From the NCBI GenBank assembly GCA_030538375.1, contig JAUNUB010000001.1, positions 1 through 60,182 on the forward strand: a stretch of 60,182 nucleotides of DNA, in the 5' to 3' direction. Each line of letters starts with the position of its first letter. The first letter of the stretch is position 1. The stretch comes from Moraxella sp. (GTDB lineage: Bacteria > Pseudomonadota > Gammaproteobacteria > Pseudomonadales > Moraxellaceae). Shown here piece after piece: positions 36,897-46,768 of the stretch. The notes under the pieces are model-generated. The model was not told the DNA's origin. It saw only the letters and a program-made list of their open reading frames with translations, and searched no databases. A program made the translations under genes and the position numbers.

Positions 36897-38621
36897 ATGA
36901 CAACCCAATTTTTACACGGTGTTGAAACCGTTGATATTAAACAAGGCACGCCAAGCGTTAAAGAAGTGCGAAGTGGCGTGATAGGCTTGATTGGCACAGC
37001 CCCACAAGGCGACATTAACACGCTGACCCTTTGCCTAAGTTCATCAGACGATGCCAAATTTGGACAGCCAACCGCTGACACCACCATTCCTTATGCCCTA
37101 AAATCCTTACGAGAAATGGGCGTGGTGGCGATTTTGGTTATCAATGTGGGGGCGACTGCAAGCGTGGCGGACTTAATCGGTACAACCGATGAGACGGGCA
37201 AACGCACAGGCTTACAGCACTTTTTGGACGGTTATGGGATTTTTGGTTTTGATGCCAAGATTGTGATTTCCCCAAGTTTTAGCACCATTCCTACGGTCGC
37301 CAGTGCAATGCAAAGCCTTGTTAATCGCATTCGTGCCGTCTCTTATGTGGATATGCCACTGGGCTTAACACCCCAAGAAGTCGTTGCCAGTCGTGGTAAT
37401 GCAAGCCCACTTGGACTTGATATTTATCAGACCCAAAGCACACGGGTACGGATTTGTTATCCCCACCGCAAAGTCTTTGACCCTGTTACTTCACAAACTC
37501 GCCTAGAACCAGCGTCTATTGCCTTTGCTGGCGTGCGAGCCTACATTGACCGCACACAAGGCTACTGGACAAGCTCATCAAACAAAGAAGTGGTCGGCAC
37601 GCTAGGACTTGAACGGCTTTTGACCGCTCGCATTGATGACCCTGACAGCGAAGTGAACCTATTAAACTCGGCTGGGATTAGCACCTTTTTTAAATCGCAC
37701 GGTACAGGATTTTTGTCGTGGGGCAACCGTTCGGCAAGCTATCCTACCATTACCGATTATGAAAACTTTGAGCAGGTACAACGCACCAAAGATATGATTG
37801 AAGAGAGTTTGCACCAGTCCAGCCTACAATTTGTGGACAAGGACATCAAGCAAGCTCAGATTGACAGCTTAACCGAGTTTGCCAATAACTATATCCGCCT
37901 ACTGGTCATGCGTGGGGCGGTGGTGGACGGCAAGGCGTTTTTTGATGTGGGTCGCAATCCGCCAAGCGAGCTGACCAATGGACACATTCGTATCGGCTAC
38001 AAATTTACGCCCATTTTCCCAATGGAGCGGATTACCTACGAGCGAGAAGTAACGGGCGAATTTTTGTTAAATCTAAAATCGGTTAATTTAGGGGGTCTGC
38101 AAATGTCAATCACGGTTCATAAAATCACACAGGGCAACGCCTATTTAAACGGCGTAAACTTGCTTGGCAAGGTGGAAAGCGTGGACAATCCCGACATCAA
38201 ATTTATCTTTGATGAATTTAAGGCAATGGGAATGGTCGGCAAAGTGGAGCTACCAACCACAGGCATTGACAAAATGGAAGGTAAGATGAAGTTTAACTCC
38301 ATCTATCCTGACACCGCAAAACTCTTGTCGCCCTTTAAATCCAATCAACTGCAAGTCCGTTCCAATGTGCAGGTACACGGCAATCACGGCGTGATTAGTA
38401 ATGTGCCACTTGTTACCTTTATGACGGTAACTTTTAAAAATATGCCGACTGGCAAATTTGAACAGCACAAATCGGTGGACGGTGAGTATGATTTTACTTG
38501 TACTTATTTTAAGCAAGTGTATGACGGCTATGAAATTGTTGAAATTGATGCACTTGCCAACATCGTCAAAATCAATGGCGAAGATGTATTAAAAGAATAC
38601 CGTGAAAACTTAGGTATGTAA
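36897..38621 (+). CDS. Tail sheath read in frame into tail tube (fused ORF)
   Basis: FLHGVET, WGNR, P..P.ERIT sheath motifs for about 398 aa; no stop before the tube sequence. Confidence 0.85.
   Translation: MTTQFLHGVETVDIKQGTPSVKEVRSGVIGLIGTAPQGDINTLTLCLSSSDDAKFGQPTADTTIPYALKSLREMGVVAILVINVGATASVADLIGTTDETGKRTGLQHFLDGYGIFGFDAKIVISPSFSTIPTVASAMQSLVNRIRAVSYVDMPLGLTPQEVVASRGNASPLGLDIYQTQSTRVRICYPHRKVFDPVTSQTRLEPASIAFAGVRAYIDRTQGYWTSSSNKEVVGTLGLERLLTARIDDPDSEVNLLNSAGISTFFKSHGTGFLSWGNRSASYPTITDYENFEQVQRTKDMIEESLHQSSLQFVDKDIKQAQIDSLTEFANNYIRLLVMRGAVVDGKAFFDVGRNPPSELTNGHIRIGYKFTPIFPMERITYEREVTGEFLLNLKSVNLGGLQMSITVHKITQGNAYLNGVNLLGKVESVDNPDIKFIFDEFKAMGMVGKVELPTTGIDKMEGKMKFNSIYPDTAKLLSPFKSNQLQVRSNVQVHGNHGVISNVPLVTFMTVTFKNMPTGKFEQHKSVDGEYDFTCTYFKQVYDGYEIVEIDALANIVKINGEDVLKEYRENLGM
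38103..38621 (+). CDS. Major tail tube protein (P2 FII-like), internal start
   Basis: GGGGG RBS then MSITVHKIT; GM.G.VELP, EID.LANI..ING.D.L..YR.NLG. Confidence 0.8.
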   Translation: MSITVHKITQGNAYLNGVNLLGKVESVDNPDIKFIFDEFKAMGMVGKVELPTTGIDKMEGKMKFNSIYPDTAKLLSPFKSNQLQVRSNVQVHGNHGVISNVPLVTFMTVTFKNMPTGKFEQHKSVDGEYDFTCTYFKQVYDGYEIVEIDALANIVKINGEDVLKEYRENLGM

Positions 38622-38630
38622 TACAATAAG

Positions 38631-38675
38631 CATTAAACCGCCCTAAAATTTCAATCCCATAAAAGCCTTTAAAAT
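38631..38675 (+). promoter_or_regulatory. Late promoter 3 (tail)
   Basis: CATTAAACCGCCCTAAAAT, 20 nt, TAAAAT. Confidence 0.75.
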
Positions 38676-38709
38676 TACCCTTAATTTTTCAACCATTAAG
38701 GGTAATTTT

Positions 38710-39024
38710 ATGTCTAAACCAATTTCTCAAAATCCTAACACCGTCAAACTTGAAACGCCTTTTGCTACCGATGCAGGTGTGCCGATTGAACAAGTAACCG
38801 TCAAGCCATTGGTGGTTCGTCAAATGAAAACCGCCCAAAAACAAGGCGGTAAGGACGATGCCGAAGTTGAAAGCATTATGATTGCAATGAGCTGTGATTT
38901 GGTTGTAGAAGACTTGGACAAAATGTTCCTAAATGACTATATGGCGGTGCGTGAACGATTTCAAGCACTCAATTTCAACCGTACCAGTGGAAAGCTGGAC
39001 GAAACTGCAATCGCTACTCGCTAA
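38710..39024 (+). CDS. Tail assembly chaperone (P2 gpE / Mu gp41-like)
   Basis: L..P.....G..I..VT, EDLD.M...DY; position before the TMP. Confidence 0.8.
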   Translation: MSKPISQNPNTVKLETPFATDAGVPIEQVTVKPLVVRQMKTAQKQGGKDDAEVESIMIAMSCDLVVEDLDKMFLNDYMAVRERFQALNFNRTSGKLDETAIATR

Positions 39025-39142
39025 GTGGTTTCATATCCAGCCTTCTGAAATGGAAGCGATGACGGCGGACGAGTTTTTGGCGTGGGTGGACGAAGCCAAT
39101 CAGCAGATAGAAAGGCAGAATAAGGCGATGACAAATGGCTGA
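38960..39142 (+). CDS. GpE'-like chaperone extension (probable frameshift product)
   Basis: LLAKWFHIQPSEMEAMT.DEF..W; in the +1/-2 frame relative to 38710; start coordinate is a guess. Confidence 0.65.
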   Translation, partial: FKHSISTVPVESWTKLQSLLAKWFHIQPSEMEAMTADEFLAWVDEANQQIERQNKAMTNG

Positions 39143-41492
39143 TATGAATTTATTTGTACGCATTGGGGTAATGGTGGACCGCAGTCTGTCTCGTGCCTTA
39201 AATGGGGTTAATAATGATTTAAATCGCCTTGACCGTACCGCCCAAGCTCTCACCGCAAGACAACAAAGACTGGGCGATATTATGGCTCGGTCTTTGTCTC
39301 ATCCGCACGCTGACATTGGCAGATTGCAACAGCAGTATCAGCGTACCACCAACGCCATTAACCAAGTCATTCAAGCCCAAGAACGCCTAAATCGTTCCAT
39401 TGCTCGTGGGCAACAAATTGGACAACTCCAAGACACCAGTAAAACCAACTTTACCAGCAGTCTAGGCTCATTGACGGCTTTTGCTGTGCCTGTGGGAAGT
39501 GCTGTTCATCAAGCGGTCAAATTTCAAGACCGCATTATTGATTTGTCCATTACCGCTGAATGGACAGCCAAAGAACAGGCTCGGATTGGCGACACTGTGC
39601 GAGCCACTGCCTTACAATACAATCAAACCCTAGACGACATAGGTGTAGGTTTAAACACCCTTGTCGCTGGGGGCATTTCGTCCGCCAAAGAAATTGAAAA
39701 TTACACGCCCAAACTGACCCAAACCGCCACCGCTTGGCGTGCGTCCTTTGAAGATTTGGGTAATACCACTGTTGCCTTAAAAAACAACTTAGGCATAGGC
39801 GATGCTGGCTGGGACAGGGCAATGAATATGCTTGGTTATGCTGGTAAGGCAGGTCAGTTTGAAGTCAAAGATATGGCAAAATGGCTACCGAGCCTTACGC
39901 CATATTATCAAGTATTGGGCGTGCAAGGCGAAAAGGCGGTTGCCGAGATTGGGGCAAGTTTGCAAATCGCCCGAAAAGGGGCTGGCACATCAGACGAAGC
40001 CGCCAACAATATGCGAAACTTCTTATCCAAGCTGACCGCCCCCGACACAATGAAAGACTTTGAAAAGGCAGGCATTGATTTACAAAAATCAATGCAAAAC
40101 TTGGTGTCGGGTGGTATGACCCCAATGCAAGCGATGTTCTCCACCATTGAGCAATATGTCGGCACAAAATCGCCTAAGGCTCTTGCTGAATTTACCAAAG
40201 CAATGTCCATCAAAGATGATAAAGAACGGCAAATGGCGGTGAATAGGCTGAACGAAACCTACAAACTGGGCGAGCTGTTCCAAGACCAACAGGCGATGAG
40301 CTTTATTCGTCCGATGATGGGTAATAAAGATGAGTTTGAACGCATTAAACAAGGCTCGCTAAATTCTGCTAATAGCAACGGCATTGGTAAAGATTACGAC
40401 AAGCGAATGGGGTCGTCCGCCGAACAATTAAAATCTTTTAAAATCCACATTACCGACCTTGCTGTAACGATTGGCAATGCTTTACTTCCTGCGGTCAATC
40501 AAACCCTAATCAGCATTAAACCGATGATAACCGCTTTTGGCAACTGGGCAAAACAAAACCCTACCTTAGTCGTCAGTATCATCAAAATTGTGGGCGGTCT
40601 GCTCATCGCCAAAGTTGCCTTTTGGGGCATTAGTTTTGCGGTGTTGTCGGTGGCAAAACCCATTTTTACCGCCATTACTTTGTTTAATCGTTTGCGTGCA
40701 GGGATTGCGGTTTTGCGTGGTATGGCGGTGCTGGGTCGTTTTGCTCCCGCCATTCGTATGATTGGCACGGCATTTGCCGTACTTCGCACAGTGCTGATGG
40801 CAAATCCGATTGGGCTTGCTGTTGGGCTACTCATTATGGGGGCGGTGCTGATTTATAAGCATTGGACACCGATTAAAGCCTTTTTTGCAAATTTGTGGGC
40901 AAGCCTAAAAGCCTTTGCCAACAGTGGCGTGTCCAACATTTTAAGAACCATCGCCAGCTTTTCGCCTTTGGGCTTGTTTGTGCGAGCGTGGTCGGCGGTG
41001 TTCGGTTATTTTAAAGGACTTGGGGCGAAGTTTGTAGGCTTTGGGCGAGACATCATTCAAGGACTTATCAATGGTGTAACTGCCAAATTTGGCGAATTAA
41101 AGGCCAAAATGAGTGCAATGGCAAGCTCTGTCGCTGGTGTGTTCAAAGGGGCATTGGGCATTCGCTCGCCCAGCCGTGTGTTTATGGGCTTTGGGGCGAA
41201 CATTGCCGAAGGCGTGGCAATCGGTATTGACGGCAAAACAAACCAAGCCGTAAAGGCAAGTCAATCAATGGCAAATCGTCTCGCCCAAACCGAATATTCC
41301 AACAAAGTTTTGGCAAATAAATCTGGGGGCGGTGGCGGTGCTAGCACAATTCATTTTAGCCCAACCATTCAAATCAATGGTGGTAGTGATGTGGTAAGTC
41401 AAGTACAAGAAGGCTTGGCAATCGGCTACCGTGAATTTGTGACGATGATGGAACGCTATGAAAAAGACCGCAACCGCAGGGCATTTGCCTAA
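39135..41492 (+). CDS. Tape measure protein of the Mu-like phage
   Basis: GK.GQFEVKDMA.WLP, LGIRSPSRVF; helical Ala/Gly-rich. Confidence 0.9.
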   Translation: MADMNLFVRIGVMVDRSLSRALNGVNNDLNRLDRTAQALTARQQRLGDIMARSLSHPHADIGRLQQQYQRTTNAINQVIQAQERLNRSIARGQQIGQLQDTSKTNFTSSLGSLTAFAVPVGSAVHQAVKFQDRIIDLSITAEWTAKEQARIGDTVRATALQYNQTLDDIGVGLNTLVAGGISSAKEIENYTPKLTQTATAWRASFEDLGNTTVALKNNLGIGDAGWDRAMNMLGYAGKAGQFEVKDMAKWLPSLTPYYQVLGVQGEKAVAEIGASLQIARKGAGTSDEAANNMRNFLSKLTAPDTMKDFEKAGIDLQKSMQNLVSGGMTPMQAMFSTIEQYVGTKSPKALAEFTKAMSIKDDKERQMAVNRLNETYKLGELFQDQQAMSFIRPMMGNKDEFERIKQGSLNSANSNGIGKDYDKRMGSSAEQLKSFKIHITDLAVTIGNALLPAVNQTLISIKPMITAFGNWAKQNPTLVVSIIKIVGGLLIAKVAFWGISFAVLSVAKPIFTAITLFNRLRAGIAVLRGMAVLGRFAPAIRMIGTAFAVLRTVLMANPIGLAVGLLIMGAVLIYKHWTPIKAFFANLWASLKAFANSGVSNILRTIASFSPLGLFVRAWSAVFGYFKGLGAKFVGFGRDIIQGLINGVTAKFGELKAKMSAMASSVAGVFKGALGIRSPSRVFMGFGANIAEGVAIGIDGKTNQAVKASQSMANRLAQTEYSNKVLANKSGGGGGASTIHFSPTIQINGGSDVVSQVQEGLAIGYREFVTMMERYEKDRNRRAFA

Positions 41493-41516
41493 TTGAAACA
41501 GCAATGGGATTGAAAA

Positions 41517-42290
41517 ATGATAACCAGCATTGGCGACATTCAACTGACCGACAGTCGGCTACTACAATCGGTTAATGCCAGATTTGGCTGCACCTACGCC
41601 ACGCACGAGCTGGCGGTAGGCAAACCTATCAAACAAAGCATTGGGGCAACGCTTACTGAGTGGCGACTGACCGTGCGACTGCATTATCAATTTTGCGACC
41701 CTGCAACCGTCTTGGCACAGCTACAAACCATCCTAAACAATGGCAAGCCCGTACCGCTGGTTTTTGATTATCTGGACTATGTGGGCTATGTTACCCTTGA
41801 TGATGTTGATGTTGCTTTTATGGAAGTGGCTACAAGCGGTCGCCCCCTTATCATTGATGGCAATTTGACTTTGAGCGAATTTAGTGGCGACACCACCATC
41901 AAACCACCCGCCCCAGCCGTGCAAAGCCAAACCGCCCAAAACACACCGATTGCCACCGCCCAAACGCCTGACATCAACACGCTACTGCCCACCGAACAGC
42001 CCTTACAAAGTTTGGAGCGAGCCTTAATCGCCCAAATGCAAGCAAGGGCATTAGTTAGACAAGTTAAAGAAGTGGGCAGTGGCGACTTTACCAAAATCAA
42101 TGACCTAACCCAAACGGCAAGCCTATTATTTGGCGAGCTAAAAAAGAGTGCCATTATCGGCACGCTACCACCGACCACCGTTGCCGTCAATCAAGGCAAT
42201 GTGGGAGCGGTGCTGGACACATTGAACGGCGGTAAATCCGTGCTTGCCGAGCTTGCCAAACAGCGAATACTAAGAAAACTGGCAACATAA
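41517..42290 (+). CDS. P2 gpU-like tail protein
   Basis: YA.H.L..GKP..Q.IG, LH..FCDP, L.EF.GD. Confidence 0.7.
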   Translation: MITSIGDIQLTDSRLLQSVNARFGCTYATHELAVGKPIKQSIGATLTEWRLTVRLHYQFCDPATVLAQLQTILNNGKPVPLVFDYLDYVGYVTLDDVDVAFMEVATSGRPLIIDGNLTLSEFSGDTTIKPPAPAVQSQTAQNTPIATAQTPDINTLLPTEQPLQSLERALIAQMQARALVRQVKEVGSGDFTKINDLTQTASLLFGELKKSAIIGTLPPTTVAVNQGNVGAVLDTLNGGKSVLAELAKQRILRKLAT

Positions 42291-42302
42291 AAGGGGGATA
42301 AG

Positions 42303-42530
42303 ATGACAACCCAATATTTACAGCACCTTGCCAGCGAAGACGATCGCTGGGACAGCTTGGCTTATCAGTATTATGGCGACAGCACAGGCTACGAACGCAT
42401 CATTGCTAGCAACCGCCATTTGCCGATTGGGGCGACTTTGTCCGCAGGTCAAATTGTCTTTATTCCCATTATCGTCAAGGACACCAACGCCCACGCCGTC
42501 CCTGCTTGGCTAAGAGATGATGAGCAATGA
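42303..42530 (+). CDS. Tail protein X (LysM-like)
   Basis: DRWD.LAY.YYGD...Y..II..N, P.W. Confidence 0.85.
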   Translation: MTTQYLQHLASEDDRWDSLAYQYYGDSTGYERIIASNRHLPIGATLSAGQIVFIPIIVKDTNAHAVPAWLRDDEQ

Positions 42531-43324
42531 TAAAAACCCCAACATTTACCCTGCTTTATAACAACAAATCCGCCACCGCCGACATTGCCCCTGACTTAAT
42601 GGAAGCGGTGTTTACCGACCATTTAACGGGCGAAGCGGACGAGCTGGACATTACCCTTGCCGACCCTGACCGAAAATGGCTGGGCGATTGGTATCCAACT
42701 AAGGGGGCGACCTTGCAGTTTGCCATTGGTTACGACAACGAACCGCTCCTTGATTGTGGGACTTTTGCCATTGACGAGATTACCGTAACCGACAGCCCAA
42801 ACACCGTGCAAATCCGTGCCTTGTCTGCGTCCGTCAATGACACTTTGCGAACCGTCAAACACAAAGGCTATGACAATCAAACCCTAGACCAAGTGATAAA
42901 AGCGATTGCCAAAGAGCTTGGCTACACGGTAGAAGGCAAAATACAAGCCCTGCAAATTGAACGGCTGACCCAGCAAGAAAGCGACTTGGCGTTTATAAAA
43001 CGCCTTGCCGACACTTATGGCTATTTGGTAAAAGTGAGTGGCAAACGGCTGATTTTTAGCAAATTATCCGCCTTGAACACTGCCAAAAGCATTGCCACCC
43101 TTGACCGCTCGGTGATTTTTCGTGGCTGGCGATTTACCGACCAAATCCGCACCGTGCCAGCAAAATCAAGCGTTGCCAAACACAACCCCAAAACCAAAAA
43201 GACCGTCAAGGCGAGTGCAAACAACACCAAATCCACACAGCCAAAATCAAAGAAAACCAAAAAATCACCCAAACCCTTAGTGGTCTATGGTATGCAAAAC
43301 GGCAAAGTGGTGCAGATTAATTAA
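42527..43324 (+). CDS. Baseplate hub (P2 gpD-like), N-terminal part
   Basis: D...GEADEL.I.L.D, W.P.KG, ESDLAF..RLA..YG. Confidence 0.8.
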   Translation: MIKTPTFTLLYNNKSATADIAPDLMEAVFTDHLTGEADELDITLADPDRKWLGDWYPTKGATLQFAIGYDNEPLLDCGTFAIDEITVTDSPNTVQIRALSASVNDTLRTVKHKGYDNQTLDQVIKAIAKELGYTVEGKIQALQIERLTQQESDLAFIKRLADTYGYLVKVSGKRLIFSKLSALNTAKSIATLDRSVIFRGWRFTDQIRTVPAKSSVAKHNPKTKKTVKASANNTKSTQPKSKKTKKSPKPLVVYGMQNGKVVQIN

Positions 43325-43334
43325 GGACAATGCA

Positions 43335-43613
43335 ATGACAAGGCACAGCAAAGACACCAAAAAATTACGCACCAATGCCACCAGCCAAAGCGTGGCGGAC
43401 AGCAAAGCCCAAGTCAATTTAGAACACTCACAAGACAAACAATGCGAAGGCTCGTTCACCGTCTCTGGCGACACACGGCTGACGGCTGGGGGCAATTTTC
43501 ATTTGACGGGCTTTGGGCGATTTGACGGCAAATACCGTATTAAGCAAGCGACCCACCGCCTTAGCCGAAGCGCAGGCTACACCACAGAAACGGCATTTTG
43601 TAAGATTGACTAA
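43335..43613 (+). CDS. Baseplate hub (gpD-like), C-terminal part
   Basis: TAAGGA RBS; GD.RL.AG....L.GFG.FDG.Y.I....H.LSRS.GYTT. Confidence 0.7.
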   Translation: MTRHSKDTKKLRTNATSQSVADSKAQVNLEHSQDKQCEGSFTVSGDTRLTAGGNFHLTGFGRFDGKYRIKQATHRLSRSAGYTTETAFCKID

Positions 43614-43636
43614 TTAAAATTGATTGGGGGAAAATT

Positions 43637-44170
43637 ATGGAACTTGTGTTTGGGCTGGTTGAAAATATTGAATACGCACCACTTCGCATTCAAGCCATCT
43701 TGCCTGATAAGGACGATATGCTTTCGCCTTTTGCCCTTGTCATCACGCCCAGAAGTCAGAGTGCCAAACACTTTGACCCACCTGTCAAAGGCGAACAAGT
43801 GGCAATCCTTCTGACCGATGACGGCGAGACGGCAATTTGTCTAGGCTCGGTGTTTAGTGATGTGGATAACGCCCCAGCAAACCGCCACCAATTCGCCAAA
43901 GTCTTTGATGACGGCACAGAGCTTATTTATGACAATGACAGCCACACTTTGACTGTCAATGCAACTGGCACAATCAACATCATTTGCCAAAATGCCAATA
44001 TTCGTGCCGACAAAACCGTGATTGACGGAGCAGTAGAAATCAACGGCGACACGGCTATCAACGGCACAGCAACGATTAGCAAAGATGCCGTCATTGGCGG
44101 TCGGTCATTTAAAACCCATACACACGGCGGTGTGCGTGGCGGTAATGGTTCAACCACGCCACCCATTTAA
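43637..44170 (+). CDS. Baseplate spike (gpV)
   Basis: P..GEQV, F.DG....YD...H, C-terminal HTHGGV. Confidence 0.88.
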   Translation: MELVFGLVENIEYAPLRIQAILPDKDDMLSPFALVITPRSQSAKHFDPPVKGEQVAILLTDDGETAICLGSVFSDVDNAPANRHQFAKVFDDGTELIYDNDSHTLTVNATGTINIICQNANIRADKTVIDGAVEINGDTAINGTATISKDAVIGGRSFKTHTHGGVRGGNGSTTPPI

Positions 44171-44182
44171 CCATCAAAAATA

Positions 44183-44228
44183 CCTTAAACCGCCATAAAA
44201 TTAAGCCACTCACAAACCTTTTTATGAT
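44183..44228 (+). promoter_or_regulatory. Late promoter 4 (baseplate)
   Basis: CCTTAAACCGCCATAAAAT, 21 nt, TATGAT. Confidence 0.7.
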
Positions 44229-44234
44229 AGCGTT

Positions 44235-44618
44235 ATGACAACAAACACCCAAACCGACCCAATTTCTAGTGCGAGCCACTGGCAACCGTCCTTAGACGAT
44301 GACGGCATTGTGGCAGGCTTTGCTGATGTGGAGCAAGCTATTCGCATTATCTTATCCACACCCAAAGGGAGCGTGCCACACCGCCCAGAATTTGGCTGTG
44401 CAGGGCTTGATTTGATAGACGGGCAATTTGCCAAAGTTGCTCCGCTGTTTATTGCCTATGCCACCGATGCGATTTTGGCAAATGAACCACGAGTGCAGTC
44501 GGTCAAAATCAGTGCCAAGCAATATGACGAAACAAAGGCATTTGCAGGGGCGGTGTTTTCTATCCTTTGGACACCGATTAACAGCCTTGTGCCACAAAAT
44601 ATGACATATAAGGTTTAG
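44235..44618 (+). CDS. Baseplate wedge gpW/gp25
   Basis: IILSTPKGSVPHRPEFG, EPRV. Confidence 0.88.
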   Translation: MTTNTQTDPISSASHWQPSLDDDGIVAGFADVEQAIRIILSTPKGSVPHRPEFGCAGLDLIDGQFAKVAPLFIAYATDAILANEPRVQSVKISAKQYDETKAFAGAVFSILWTPINSLVPQNMTYKV

Positions 44619-44620
44619 TA

Positions 44621-45448
44621 ATGATAGCTCGTCCAACCCTAGAAAAACCACATTTTATAGACCGTGATGCTAATGTTATCACAGATGAGATTATTGATCT
44701 ATATGAAAGTCTGGGCAATAAAAAGCTCTATCCTGCCCAAGCTGACCGTTTATTTATTGATGTCATTGCTTATCGTGAAATGCTTATCCGCGCCCAAATT
44801 CAGCTGGCGTGTGAACAAAATTTATTAGCCTTTGCTGATGGTGTCATGCTTGACTATTTGGGCGACTTTTTTGGTGTGATAAGACTTGATGATGAAACAG
44901 ACGAACAGCTTCGTGAACGTATTCGTCTAGCCCCAGAAAGCTATGCTACCACAGGCTCACGCCAAGCCTACATTTATCACACATTAAGCACCGATAGTCA
45001 AATCATAGATGCAGACGCACTGCGTGACGAAAATGGCGATATTTATATTTATGTTTTGACGGCAGATGGTGTAGTATCCAATGAGCTTGTCCAAAGAGTG
45101 CTAGATAAAACTAGTGGCGAAAAGGTACGACCCTTGTCCGATAGAGTGTTTGTCTCTGGTGGCGTGGCAAGTGATTTTAGATTGGTGGTTGAAATCAGTC
45201 CCTTGTCGCAGGCTGTACCAAGTAGAGTAATGGCGGAGTGTCAAAATAAAGCAGAGATTTATGTAAGCTCCTTACGCCAAAAGCTAGGACGTGATATCGT
45301 ACCCAGCCAAATCATAGATGCATTATCAGGCGATGGGATTTGGCAGGTTAAAGTGATAGAGCCAGCCAAACCTTTAATTTTACAAGCCTTTGAGTGGGCA
45401 AATTGTACAGAAATTGTGCTTACAATGGGGGTAATTGAGAATGGCTAA
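44621..45448 (+). CDS. Baseplate J-like protein
   Basis: NLLAFA, ETDEQLRERI.LA, G...AY, VRPLSD.V. Confidence 0.88.
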   Translation: MIARPTLEKPHFIDRDANVITDEIIDLYESLGNKKLYPAQADRLFIDVIAYREMLIRAQIQLACEQNLLAFADGVMLDYLGDFFGVIRLDDETDEQLRERIRLAPESYATTGSRQAYIYHTLSTDSQIIDADALRDENGDIYIYVLTADGVVSNELVQRVLDKTSGEKVRPLSDRVFVSGGVASDFRLVVEISPLSQAVPSRVMAECQNKAEIYVSSLRQKLGRDIVPSQIIDALSGDGIWQVKVIEPAKPLILQAFEWANCTEIVLTMGVIENG

Positions 45449-46046
45449 TCTCAATGCCGATGGGTTGGTTAAAGATAGCGTTTTGCCAAGCCCACTGCAA
45501 AATCAGCGGTTTTTGGTACTTGAAAGTCTATTAAAACGTTTGGACAACTTACCTTCTTATGTGTTGATAATGTTAATTGACATCACACCTAGCACGGCTT
45601 TGACTGCTCTTGCCGAACAATTTAGCCTATTTGGAGACGGCTGGGAATTTGCCCATACCGATGATGAAAAGCGAGAACTTATCAAAGGGGCGATTGAAAT
45701 CCACAGACATAAAGGCACGCCGTGGGCAATCAAACGCACGCTCTCCTTGCTTGGCTATGGCGACTGCGAATTACAAGAACGCTTTGGCTATTATGAACAC
45801 GACCGCACCATTAACCATAATGGGGCAAATCGCTACGGCTATGCAGGGCATTGGACGCATTATCTCCTACTTATGCAAAAGCCGATTAGTAAGGCAGAAG
45901 CAATAAATATCAGAGCCTTACTGCTAGATGTCGCCCCACTGAGATGTAAATTGGTTTCCATTAACCTTAAAAACCCAAAACACGACCGCACCATCTATCA
46001 CGATGGAGTATTCACTTATGACGGAGTAATTATGCAATGGCTATGA
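45441..46046 (+). CDS. Tail protein I (P2 gpI-like)
   Basis: KRELIK.AIE.HRHKGTPWAI. Confidence 0.85.
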   Translation: MANLNADGLVKDSVLPSPLQNQRFLVLESLLKRLDNLPSYVLIMLIDITPSTALTALAEQFSLFGDGWEFAHTDDEKRELIKGAIEIHRHKGTPWAIKRTLSLLGYGDCELQERFGYYEHDRTINHNGANRYGYAGHWTHYLLLMQKPISKAEAINIRALLLDVAPLRCKLVSINLKNPKHDRTIYHDGVFTYDGVIMQWL

Positions 46047-46768
46047 TTAACGAAACTGCCGAATGGGCAGAAAGTATCTATTTAATTAAACCTACCGACC
46101 CAGTAGAAGGTGGCGAAAATGGCGTGGACAATCGTCCGCATATTGAGCTTGCCAAGCGTACGGCTTGGTTAAAACAAAAGCAAGAAGAACAAGATAGCAA
46201 GATGCAAGGCATTGGTGAAAAAATCAATGAGTTGTCCAGTCAAGTGGAAAACATCGGTATTTTCATCCAAAATAATAGCACCATAGAACACACAAACAAC
46301 GACAATGATTTACAAAGCCAGATTGATACACTAAAAGAGCAAATTGCACAGATTTTAGCAAATGGCGGTAATCAGAATGGGGGCAATACCAACACTGGCG
46401 GAGCAAAAGTACCTGTTGCCGCCTTTGATATTACTCTATCTACTCATTATTCTGATAGCGACAATCCAACAGCATGGGGCATGGACGTGAGTGCCATCAC
46501 CACTTTTGGTGATTTTAATCCTGTTGTAAATGGAGATAGAGTATTAGGTGCATACAGAGGTGCAACCGTCAGTATTCCAGATTGGGTTAGCGATGGCTCA
46601 CAGGTAGCTATGGTGTTTATTGGCAAAAAGGTGGATGATGCTGAAAAATATGTTAGGCTAGATATTAGCAACCACAGTATTATCATCAGTCAAGCAAGAA
46701 GAGGTGTTACTGGTAGCAGCCAAACCCTGCACCCAGCTGGTCGAGTGGTTGTAACTTTTTACAAATAA
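46037..46768 (+). CDS. Short tail fibre protein
   Basis: W...IY.....DPV.GG..G.DN.....LA.RT.WLK N-terminus, coiled coil, small C-terminal domain. Confidence 0.75.
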   Translation: MAMINETAEWAESIYLIKPTDPVEGGENGVDNRPHIELAKRTAWLKQKQEEQDSKMQGIGEKINELSSQVENIGIFIQNNSTIEHTNNDNDLQSQIDTLKEQIAQILANGGNQNGGNTNTGGAKVPVAAFDITLSTHYSDSDNPTAWGMDVSAITTFGDFNPVVNGDRVLGAYRGATVSIPDWVSDGSQVAMVFIGKKVDDAEKYVRLDISNHSIIISQARRGVTGSSQTLHPAGRVVVTFYK

